NCBI GenBank assembly: GCA_041665545.1
Contig: JBAYIQ010000002.1
Span: 66,369 to 130,368 of the forward strand
Reading direction: 5' to 3'
DNA: 64,000 nt
From: Patescibacteria group bacterium
GTDB lineage: Bacteria > Patescibacteriota > Patescibacteriia > UBA1558 > GWA2-36-10
The notes beneath the pieces are model-generated. The model made no database searches, was not told where the DNA came from, and saw only the letters and a program-made list of their open reading frames with translations. Below, piece after piece: positions 10,257 through 17,476 of this stretch. Made by a program: the position numbers and the translations under genes. Position 1 is the stretch's first letter. Every line of letters starts with the position of its first letter.

Positions 10257-10330
10257 ACAAAAAAAATAGCCCGCCTGACTATAATAAAATTTTACCAAAT
10301 GGCCGAAGGCCATGAGCGAAGTTTTATGCC

Positions 10331-10385
10331 CCTCGACTTGGTTCGACTACGCTCACCACAAGTCGCTCAGGGCACTCGATTCATT
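10331..10385. repeat. Copy 2 of the about 50 bp cctcgacttggttcgact.cgctcaccaca repeat (see 6838-6890)
   Basis: Direct sequence comparison. Confidence 0.6.
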
Positions 10386-10460
10386 TACAGAAAATGGTCA
10401 AAGGGTTGATAAGCACCGGAGACCACGAGTGAGTCTTTTGCTTTGCAAAAGACGAATCGA

Positions 10461-10605
10461 GTGGTGCCGAAGGGGAGATTTGCCACCGCCCGCAGGCGGG
10501 GTCCCGCCCGTGGCGGGAAACTCCCATAAAATTTTATTGGTGCCGAAGAGAGGATTTGCCACCGCCTACGGCGGGGTCCCGCTTCGCGGGAAACCAATTT
10601 TTGTT
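10461..10605. repeat. Two tandem units, each a 20-nt copy of the tRNA-Leu 3' end (tggtgccgaagggg/agagagatttg) fused to a GC hairpin repeat (ccaccgcc-N-ggcggggtcccgcc-N-gcgggaaac). They abut the genuine tRNA-Leu 3' end.
   Basis: tggtgccgaagg..gatttg occurs at 10461, 10538 and 10606. Only the last continues into a full tRNA. The first two continue into gccaccgcc..ggcggggtcccgc..gcgggaaac. Confidence 0.7.
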
Positions 10606-10693
10606 TGGTGCCGAAGGGGAGATTTGAACTCCCACGATCTTGCGATCACATGGCTCTGAACCATGCGTGTCTACCAAGTTTCACCACTTCGGC
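10606..10693 (-). tRNA. tRNA-Leu (anticodon CAG), class II
   Basis: Reverse complement gccgaagtggtgaaacttggtagacacgcatggttcagagccatgtgatcgcaagatcgtgggagttcaaatctccccttcggcacca. Anticodon loop TTCAGAG, long variable arm, CCA encoded. Confidence 0.8.
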
Positions 10694-10735
10694 CTAAATA
10701 ATTAAAAATAATACCACTTTTAAATACAATTGGTG

Positions 10736-10762
10736 GACCGTGTCCCGCGACGCGGGACGACC
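10736..10762. repeat. GC hairpin gtcccgcgacgcgggac just 3' of tRNA-Ala (terminator-like, member of the cccgc-N4-gcggg family)
   Basis: Perfect 7-bp palindrome with a 3-4 nt loop. Confidence 0.5.
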
Positions 10763-10798
10763 TCCTATGAAAATGCCTGACACTCTCCTAATTTTGTT

Positions 10799-10872
10799 TG
10801 GTGGAGATGCGGGGAATTGAACCCCGAATTGGTCAATGCGAATGACCTGTTATACCGTTTAACTACATCCCC
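10799..10872 (-). tRNA. tRNA-Ala (anticodon CGC)
   Basis: Reverse complement ggggatgtagttaaacggtataacaggtcattcgcattgaccaattcggggttcaattccccgcatctccacca. G3:U70 pair in the acceptor stem (Ala identity). Anticodon loop TTCGCAT. CCA encoded. Confidence 0.8.
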
Positions 10873-11040
10873 CTAAATTTTGCCAACTGCTTGCCCTCCG
10901 AAGTCCGAAGGACGTAGGAGGGAGCTAACGGCCCTGAACTATTCGTCGCTTCGCTCCTAGAGTTTCGGGGCCTAAGCCCCATAACTTTCAAGCGAGCAAA
11001 ATAATTATAACTGGCTGCGTCAACCGAAGCTCCGAAGGAG

Positions 11041-11110
11041 CGAAGGTTGGTCGGGGTGGCGGGACTTGCCACCGCCTATGGCGGGGTCCCGCCCGCGGCG
11101 GGAAACCCAC
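11041..11110. repeat. Hairpin repeat unit (gacttgccaccgcctatggcggggtcccgcccgcggcgggaaaccc) preceded by a duplicated tRNA-Pro 3'-end fragment (ggtcggggtg)
   Basis: Same architecture as the units at 10461-10605. ggtcggggtg recurs at the real tRNA-Pro 3' end at 11151. Confidence 0.6.
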
Positions 11111-11149
11111 CAAAACTTTAACTAAATTTATTACTTTTATTTTGAAGAA

Positions 11150-11225
11150 TGGTCGGGGTGATCAGACTCGAACTGACGACCTCGGCGTCCCGAACGCCGC
11201 GCGCTACCAACTGCGCCACACCCCG
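11150..11225 (-). tRNA. tRNA-Pro (anticodon CGG)
   Basis: Reverse complement cggggtgtggcgcagttggtagcgcgcggcgttcgggacgccgaggtcgtcagttcgagtctgatcaccccgacca. Anticodon loop TTCGGGA. CCA encoded. Confidence 0.8.
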
Positions 11226-11479
11226 CCTACGCCAAGGCTTCGGCGGGCTTATAGCCCGTTAGCATTGACATACTTTATATTCAAACTTCTTGTCCTCCAA
11301 AGCTTTAGCGACGGAGGACATCACACTACTCCTCCTCGCTTCACTCGTCGTCGAGTTCACGGCACTGCCGTTTAGATAATTCTAGCAAATCCGACGGTTT
11401 TACTCAATAAAAAATCACCTTATAAGTGACGCTGTATAATACAATAAATAAACAATTTTGTAAATAAATATCTCCGACT

Positions 11480-11941
11480 TTATTTATTCAGAAAAAAATT
11501 AGCTAACAAATGAAAAGTAACAATTTTTGACATAAACAAAGCACCCAGCACAATTAACACTGCACCAAAAGCCGCGCTCCAAGTAAATTTTTCACCTAAA
11601 AAAATTATGGCCAAAACAAAAACAAAAACAATGCTCAGGCGATCAATGGCTGAGGCAGTCGAAGCTTGACCTTTTTGAATAGCATAAAAATAAAACAACC
11701 AAGACAGAGCTCCGGCAATACCACTCAAAAAAATAAAGAGTAGTGCTTTACCTTCTATGGTGTGTAGCAATGATGTTTTTTTCAAAGATAAAGAAACCAA
11801 AACCAAAAAGACAGCCATAATCACTGACCGCACTGTTGTAGCCAAAGTGCTATCAATATTTTTTAAGCCGATTTTACCAAAAATCGCAACTAGGGCTGCA
11901 AAGACGGCTGATAATAAAGCATAAATTATCCAAAGTGGCAT
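11480..11941 (-). CDS. Small DMT-superfamily (EamA-like) membrane transporter, half-size (4-5 TM)
   Basis: 153 aa, very hydrophobic. EamA-like segment FGKIGLKNIDSTLATTVRSVIMAVFLVL, and the C-terminal half repeats the pattern. Confidence 0.45.
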   Translation of the reverse strand: MPLWIIYALLSAVFAALVAIFGKIGLKNIDSTLATTVRSVIMAVFLVLVSLSLKKTSLLHTIEGKALLFIFLSGIAGALSWLFYFYAIQKGQASTASAIDRLSIVFVFVLAIIFLGEKFTWSAAFGAVLIVLGALFMSKIVTFHLLANFFLNK

Positions 11942-11959
11942 ATTTATTTTTTTAATTAA

Positions 11960-11998
11960 TTATTGGAGCAGGTGATCCCGCCGTTGGCGGGACGATCT
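11960..11998. repeat. GC hairpin gatcccgccgttggcgggacgatc (hairpin-repeat family), upstream of the EamA-like gene
   Basis: cccgcc-gttg-gcggg palindrome with extended gatc arms. Confidence 0.5.
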
Positions 11999-12045
11999 CT
12001 TGCCCCGCCTTGCCGAAGCCAATGCTCTTATTTAACATAATAATG

Positions 12046-12121
12046 TGGAGCGAGAGACGGGACTCGAACCCGCGATCTCTTCCTTGGGAAGGAAGCATTC
12101 TACCAGCTGAACTACTCTCGC
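12046..12121 (-). tRNA. tRNA-Gly (anticodon CCC)
   Basis: Reverse complement gcgagagtagttcagctggtagaatgcttccttcccaaggaagagatcgcgggttcgagtcccgtctctcgctcca. Anticodon loop TTCCCAA, discriminator U, CCA encoded. Confidence 0.8.
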
Positions 12122-12149
12122 ACAACCTTAAGTATTTTTAATTTTTAAT

Positions 12150-12197
12150 ACTGCCACGGCGAGGCAGGTTGGGAAGCAAGCATTCTACCAACTGAAC
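12150..12197 (-). pseudogene. Truncated tRNA-Gly-like fragment (acceptor 5' strand, D arm, anticodon 5' stem and loop only)
   Basis: Reverse complement gcgggcatagttcagttggtagaatgcttgcttcccaac matches the 5' half of the adjacent tRNA-Gly. The downstream sequence cannot complete the anticodon stem or T arm. Confidence 0.55.
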
Positions 12198-12209
12198 TAT
12201 GCCCGCCAA

Positions 12210-14798
12210 TTAATGACTAGCCGTCACTATCTTTTTACCAGAATGCGCCGCTATATCAAAATCGTATTTTTTATAAAATATCCTTTTACCAATTTCTACA
12301 AAGACAAAATATACCAGCACAATCAAGACAATAGCCATGACCATGGCCAGGGGTGGTCTCCCAAATTGAAAGTATCTACCTACCGCCGTAAATGGTATTA
12401 TCCAACCCAAAGTCACGCAAGTCAAGGTACTAAACAATAAATATTTACTGGGCCGACTCTGGATAAATGGTAATTTCTTAGTCCTGATGAAATGAATAAC
12501 CAAAGTCTGAGTGGCTAGGGATTCCATAAACCAACCAGCTTGAAATACGGATTGGCTAGCGTGAAAAACACTGTACAAAACATAAAAAGTCAAAAAGTCA
12601 AAAATTGAACTAATGGGTCCAATCCACAACATGAAGCGTTTGATAAATTGCATGTTCCAACGACGCGGTTTCTGCAGCCAATCTTGGTCAACGTTGTCAG
12701 TCGGTATGGTCACCTGCGAAAAATCATAAATAAAATTATTCAACAAAATTTGAATTGGCAACATCGGCAAAAAAGGCACAAAAAATACCACCAAACTCAT
12801 GCTAAACATATTGCCAAAATTGGAACTCAAACCCATCATGATGTATTTCATGGTATTGCCAAAGGCCTTCCGACCTTCCAACAAACCATCTTTCAAAATC
12901 TCCAAATTTTTGTGCGTCAAAACAATATCCGCTGACTCTTTGGCCACATCCACCGCGTTGTTGACGGAAATGCCAACATCAGCGGCTTTGAGCGATGGCG
13001 CGTCATTGATGCCGTCACCCAAATAGCCAACCACGTGGCCATTGGCCCGCAAAGCAGTGATCACTCTGTTTTTTTGCTCTGGAGAAAATCTGGCAAAAAT
13101 GGTTGTTTTCTCAACTATGGCTCCCAAAGCATCATCATTCAAATGCTCCATTTCACTGCCCATGATAGTGCCATGTACGGTCAAACCGACTTCACGACAA
13201 ATTTTGCTAGCCACCAATTCATTGTCCCCAGTAATAACTTTGACGCGCACTCCCACATTGCGCAATTCTTCCAAAACTTGCTTCAAGCCCCGACGTGGCG
13301 GATCAAGAAAAGCCACAAAACCGCAGAGCTCCAAATCATTTTCGTCTTGCTTGCTGTATGACTTTTTTTTATTATCAAATTTTTTGATAGCCACAGCCAA
13401 AACACGATAGCCATCTTTACTCAAATTTTCATAATACTCATGGGCCTTCTTTTGCCAAACTTTCCCAAAATGTATGGCTTTTTTCCCTTGCTGAAAAGTC
13501 TGGCATTTTTTAAAAATTTCTTCGGGCGCACCCTTGGTGATTAATAGTCTACCCTCTTCCCCTTCAACCACCACGCTCATCAAACGCCTGTTAAAATCAA
13601 AAGGTATTTCATCAATTTTTTTATACTTGGTAGTTGCTATTTTTTTGAAATTAACAATAGCTTCATCAAGCGGATTTTTGACTCCGGTTTGGAAATAGCC
13701 GTTGAGATAAGTGTATTTCAAAACCTGCTCGTTATTTTCACCAGCCAAATTTGTGTAAGTCACCAAAACAATTTTGTCCTCCGTCAAAGTGCCAGTTTTG
13801 TCAGTGCACAAAATATCCATGCTACCAAAATTTGGAATGGCCGTTAATTTTTTGACAATTACTCCTTTCTTAGACATCTTCAAGGAGCCACGAGCCATAG
13901 TGATAGACATGATCATGGGCAACAACTCTGGTGTCACACCCACAGCTACTGCAATAGCAAACATGAATGATTCCAAGATACGGTGGTTGATCAGGGAGTT
14001 AAACAAAAAAATAAAGAGCACCAAAAAAATGATTATCTTCATTATGAAATAACCAAATTTTGTGACCCCAATTTCAAATTCACTCTTCTCTTCTTTTTTG
14101 GCTAATTTGTCGGCTATTTGTCCAAATTCAGTTTGGTTACCAATTTTGACCACCACGGCTGTGGCCGAACCACTGACTACACTAGTACCGGCAAAAATTA
14201 TATTATTCAAATCTACCAAAGATAAATTCTGACCACGCAAAATCTTTTTGTCTTTGCCATTGGGGTAGGACTCTCCAGTCAAAGACGACTGATTCACATA
14301 AAGATCTTTGGAGTCAATGATGCGCGCGTCAGCCGGCACTAATTTTCCAGCGCTGACACAAACGATATCACCAATACATATTTGAGAGGCCTTAACTTCT
14401 TTTTTCTGACCATCACGAATGACTGTAGCCATGGTGCGCACTTTTTCTTTTAGACGCTTGGCAGCTTGTCCGGCATTTCGCTCCTCAAAAAAATCCAAAA
14501 TCACACTCAGTAGTATCATAACCGCCACAATGACAGCATTTTTTATTTCACCCAAATAGGCCGAGATAGCTGATACTATCAACAAAATGATTATCAGCGG
14601 ACTTTTGAAATACGAAAGAAACTCCAAAACAACATTGCGCTCTTTTCTTTCTTCAATGGTGTTGTAACCACAGGTGGCATGGCGTTTCAGAGTTGTACTT
14701 TCTGACAATCCCTTTTCACTGCTGTCTACCAAGGACAAAACTTCAGGCGCCTCAAGCGTGGCAAAATATTCTAGTTTTTTATCTAAGACGTCTTTCAT
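12210..14798 (-). CDS. mgtA: P-type cation-transporting ATPase, MgtA-like (probable Mg2+ importer)
   Basis: 862 aa. DKTGTLT phosphorylation motif, TGES, GDGINDAPSLKAADVGISV hinge motif, 10 TM segments. The overall layout resembles Mg2+-ATPases, but ion specificity is an inference. Confidence 0.8.
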   Translation of the reverse strand: MKDVLDKKLEYFATLEAPEVLSLVDSSEKGLSESTTLKRHATCGYNTIEERKERNVVLEFLSYFKSPLIIILLIVSAISAYLGEIKNAVIVAVMILLSVILDFFEERNAGQAAKRLKEKVRTMATVIRDGQKKEVKASQICIGDIVCVSAGKLVPADARIIDSKDLYVNQSSLTGESYPNGKDKKILRGQNLSLVDLNNIIFAGTSVVSGSATAVVVKIGNQTEFGQIADKLAKKEEKSEFEIGVTKFGYFIMKIIIFLVLFIFLFNSLINHRILESFMFAIAVAVGVTPELLPMIMSITMARGSLKMSKKGVIVKKLTAIPNFGSMDILCTDKTGTLTEDKIVLVTYTNLAGENNEQVLKYTYLNGYFQTGVKNPLDEAIVNFKKIATTKYKKIDEIPFDFNRRLMSVVVEGEEGRLLITKGAPEEIFKKCQTFQQGKKAIHFGKVWQKKAHEYYENLSKDGYRVLAVAIKKFDNKKKSYSKQDENDLELCGFVAFLDPPRRGLKQVLEELRNVGVRVKVITGDNELVASKICREVGLTVHGTIMGSEMEHLNDDALGAIVEKTTIFARFSPEQKNRVITALRANGHVVGYLGDGINDAPSLKAADVGISVNNAVDVAKESADIVLTHKNLEILKDGLLEGRKAFGNTMKYIMMGLSSNFGNMFSMSLVVFFVPFLPMLPIQILLNNFIYDFSQVTIPTDNVDQDWLQKPRRWNMQFIKRFMLWIGPISSIFDFLTFYVLYSVFHASQSVFQAGWFMESLATQTLVIHFIRTKKLPFIQSRPSKYLLFSTLTCVTLGWIIPFTAVGRYFQFGRPPLAMVMAIVLIVLVYFVFVEIGKRIFYKKYDFDIAAHSGKKIVTASH

Positions 14799-14835
14799 GG
14801 CTGGCTTAATTTTAGCATATTCACTTAAAAATAAA

Positions 14836-14963
14836 AAACCGCCGACACTTTTGGGTCATGATCCACACAATACTTTAATTTCATACTACGGTGTGGATTC
14901 CCGCCTACGCCCGCTTCGCCGCGAGGCGAGCGGGAATGACAATAAAAAAGTCGGCGGTTTTTT
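14836..14963. repeat. Nested palindromic element. Outer arms are aaaaaaccgccgac / gtcggcggtttttt, middle arms ccacac / gtgtgg, inner arms attcccgcctacgcccgcttcgccgcgaggcgagcgggaat. It lies between the ATPase and the glycosyltransferase.
   Basis: Inverted repeats read directly. Same gtgtgg-attcccgc...gcgggaat-gac family as at 3845, 33300, 37783 and 39487. Confidence 0.6.
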
Positions 14964-14989
14964 CCAAAAAAGAAAGCGAGGTTTTTTAT

Positions 14990-15781
14990 TTACTTAAATA
15001 TTGTCTCTAACAATTTAGCAGTGAGTTTTAAGGGATAATATAAAATATTATTTTTATAATGTTTATCTAAAACATAGCCATATGAGGTGAACATATAACG
15101 ATTGCGGCTGGAAGATGGCAGACCGACATGCAAAACCTTAATAGCTGGGTCGTACATTACTTTTGCTTTATTTTGTCTGGCTCTTAAACATAGCTCTAAT
15201 TCTTCATAGTATAAAAATATTTTATCATCAAAGCCGTGTAATTCATCAAAAATATTTCTTTCGATTAAAAAAACGGCTCCCGACACCCAAGCCGCCTCAA
15301 TCACTTTATTTTGCGGTCTCCAAAAAGATATTCCAATCGATCCAAGCAAGCGAGCTAATAGACTATGCAATTCGCCATAATCCCAAGCTTGTTGTCGCCC
15401 ATTTTTATTAACTAATTTTGGACCGACAATTTTTACTGAGCTATCTGACAAAAAACAATCCAGCATTCTGCTGATTGTTTTTTCTTCGATAAACAAAATA
15501 TCAGGATTAAGAATCAATAAATATTTAGCATCAATCTTTTTGGCTAAAATATTGTGTCCACCACCAAAACCAACATTTTTGTTATTTTTATAAAATTCAA
15601 TTTGATTATGTTGTTTGTATTTTAATTGCAAATCGCCCAAATCGTCAGATGAGTCATTATCTAAAATCAATATTTTATAGGATATATTTGAATTTTTTAG
15701 ATCTTTCAAAATAGAATCCAAACATCCGACCAAATATTTTTTGGTATTATAGTTTACTATTTGAATGGATAAATCAAACAT
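14990..15781 (-). CDS. Family 2 glycosyltransferase (GT-A fold)
   Basis: MFDLSIQIVNYNTKKYLVGCLDSIL...ILILDNDSSDD...ILNPDILF (DxD-type motifs). The track ORF extends upstream through a GC-rich repeat. The start is placed at the Met of MFDLSIQIV (complement 15779-15781). Confidence 0.7.
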   Translation of the reverse strand: MFDLSIQIVNYNTKKYLVGCLDSILKDLKNSNISYKILILDNDSSDDLGDLQLKYKQHNQIEFYKNNKNVGFGGGHNILAKKIDAKYLLILNPDILFIEEKTISRMLDCFLSDSSVKIVGPKLVNKNGRQQAWDYGELHSLLARLLGSIGISFWRPQNKVIEAAWVSGAVFLIERNIFDELHGFDDKIFLYYEELELCLRARQNKAKVMYDPAIKVLHVGLPSSSRNRYMFTSYGYVLDKHYKNNILYYPLKLTAKLLETIFK

Positions 15782-15789
15782 AATTGAAT

Positions 15790-15890
15790 TAATTGGTCGT
15801 CCCGCTGGGACTCGCCACCGCCTCCCATTCGGGCCTGAGCCCTCAGGGCCGAAGGCTGGCGGGGTCCCGCCCACGGCGGGAAACCCGTCA
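15790..15890. repeat. Hairpin-repeat unit carrying an internal insertion (gactcgccaccgcc-tcccattcgggcctgagccctcagggccgaagg-ctggcggggtcccgcccacggcgggaaaccc)
   Basis: Same ccaccgcc ... ggcggggtcccgcc..ggcgggaaac cores as 10478-10527 and 11063-11109. The extra inner hairpin is gggcctgag-ccc-tcagggcc. Confidence 0.6.
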
Positions 15891-15946
15891 CACCCCCACT
15901 TTACCTGCCCGCCGAACTAAGCACTAAAATTATTTTATTAAAAAGT

Positions 15947-16030
15947 ATGGTGGGTATACCTGGACTTGAACCAGGGACCCCGACTTTATCCTCCTGCGCC
16001 TCGCTACTCTCGGCTACGGAGGACAGGTAA
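15947..16030 (-). pseudogene. Partial duplicate of tRNA-Ile: anticodon stem through the 3' end, with a 38-nt insertion in the anticodon loop. It lacks the acceptor 5' strand and D arm.
   Basis: Reverse complement cgactctta[cctgtcctccgtagccgagagtagcgaggcgcaggagga]taaagtcggggtccctggttcaagtccaggtatacccacca parallels the 3' two-thirds of the neighbouring tRNA-Ile. No 5' half is present upstream. Confidence 0.5.
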
Positions 16031-16056
16031 GAGTCGTGTTTATATGTATCCGCCGC

Positions 16057-16133
16057 TGGTGGGCATAGATGGACTTGAACCATCGACCCCGACTTTATAA
16101 GAGTCGTGCTCTAACCGACTGAGCTATATGCCC
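16057..16133 (-). tRNA. tRNA-Ile with genomic anticodon UAU (TAT)
   Basis: Reverse complement gggcatatagctcagtcggttagagcacgactcttataaagtcggggtcgatggttcaagtccatctatgcccacca. Anticodon stem cgact/agtcg, loop CTTATAA, discriminator A, CCA encoded. Confidence 0.75.
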
Positions 16134-16212
16134 CCCAGCGACAGACAATATTAAAAAATTAAAATGCTTGATGCAGATATTATAATTAAAGTTTGCTGTT
16201 TTGTGAAGCGCC

Positions 16213-17322
16213 TTAATTGTGCCCCAACAATTTTATGGCTTCCGATATTCTAGTAACCAAAAGTTCTTTGGATTTTTCTAAAGGATAATCAATGGTTAAT
16301 TTGACTAAATTCTTGCTACCCTGCGGGCTCAAATCCCTAAGCAAATCAAAAGCATTTATATTTTCCGTAGAATAAATCCAGGCCTCGGTTTTTTCCAATT
16401 CTAATTGGTAAAATATTATAGCCACCTGAGTTTGGGGTGTAGATAAAATAAGGTCTTTGACCAACTCTTGAAAATCCTGTGGCAAGGTATCCATATCCGC
16501 ATGCTCTAGATAGGAAAATATTATTCTCCCCCGTTGTTTCAAGCGGGATAAGATACGACCCCAATTTTTCAATGTCGCAATATCCTTGGTGCGATAAAGC
16601 TCTTCAATTATTTTTTGTCTAGTTGCTCCTTTGACTATCAGCTGACTAGCAATCTCCAAAAGCGCTGGCGTCACTAATGGTGACTGAAAACTATTGGTAG
16701 CGCTAATAATGCCGGCCAAAAGACAAGTAGCCATGTCTTTGCTTATATTGTCTTGAAAAAAATAATAACTTATCTCCGCAAGCGAAGAAGAGCTTAACTC
16801 CACCACATTCAATTGACCAAAATTTTCATTCAAGATAGAGCGATCAATATTGATAATGTCGGTATTATTAAAAAAATCTCGGTGTTCAGAAAAAGTACTG
16901 CCCAGTGCTTCAAATCCACCAGCCCCCAAAGTAATGACTAAATCATAAACTAAATCGCCTCTTTCGGTTTTGACATTGCGACTTTCAAAATTACCATTCT
17001 CTGGCAAAATATTTATTCGCAATTCATCACCAGCTAGATCGTAGCTAAACTGTTTTACTTTTACTTGGGACACATCCAAAATTATCTGAAACTTATTGGC
17101 CTCATCTAGATTATTTTTTATAGCCAAAGTACTGGGCAAGAAATTCCAAGATTGATATTTGCCAATCAAACAAATATCGGCCTGTTTATTTTGTTCATGC
17201 AAAAAAATCTGCCAAGCGCAGGCCGTGGCCACAATATCGACAGAAGGATCTTGCGGTCCAGTAATCAAAATATTATTAGCTTTTGACAACAAATTATTTA
17301 ATTCTTTAACGGGAATTTCCAT
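16213..17322 (-). CDS. DHH-family phosphoesterase-like protein (degenerate NrnA-like paralog)
   Basis: N-terminus ILITGPQDPSVDIVATACA resembles the NrnA motif ILITGHxxPDGDAxGS, but the Asp/His residues are replaced. No GGGH DHHA1 signature. 369 aa. Divergent to infB. Confidence 0.4.
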   Translation of the reverse strand: MEIPVKELNNLLSKANNILITGPQDPSVDIVATACAWQIFLHEQNKQADICLIGKYQSWNFLPSTLAIKNNLDEANKFQIILDVSQVKVKQFSYDLAGDELRINILPENGNFESRNVKTERGDLVYDLVITLGAGGFEALGSTFSEHRDFFNNTDIINIDRSILNENFGQLNVVELSSSSLAEISYYFFQDNISKDMATCLLAGIISATNSFQSPLVTPALLEIASQLIVKGATRQKIIEELYRTKDIATLKNWGRILSRLKQRGRIIFSYLEHADMDTLPQDFQELVKDLILSTPQTQVAIIFYQLELEKTEAWIYSTENINAFDLLRDLSPQGSKNLVKLTIDYPLEKSKELLVTRISEAIKLLGHN

Positions 17323-17476
17323 TTTTATCTTGTTTTTAACTACTAAATTTATATCAACTTTGGATAAATGTCAATGTTTACGAGATATGCACCATAAAAT
17401 ATATAAAATTAGCCATACTGTTTTCCTTGACTTTTTTTTTAAAATATAGTAAATTATGGGCTAATATAACAGAAAA

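Noticed and set aside
10461-10605. Possible CRISPR-like array (three spaced copies of a 20-mer)
   Set aside because: Only three copies. The 'spacers' are themselves copies of the same hairpin repeat. The repeat is the tRNA-Leu 3' end. No cas genes nearby.
10312-10659. 115-aa ORF (and 10385..10597 minus) across the repeat array
   Set aside because: It spans the tandem hairpin repeats and the tRNA-Leu gene. Its R/G/P-rich translation comes from GC repeats, not coding sequence.
11142-11375. 77-aa ORF
   Set aside because: It overlaps tRNA-Pro and its promoter region.
12213-14052. Plus-strand ORFs antisense to the P-type ATPase gene
   Set aside because: They are embedded in a well-supported 862-aa minus-strand CDS.
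15947-16133. Intron-containing or split tRNA-Ile
   Set aside because: The upstream copy has a 38-nt insert exactly in the anticodon loop. But it has no D arm or acceptor 5' strand anywhere upstream, so it is a truncated pseudo-copy rather than a functional intron-bearing tRNA.
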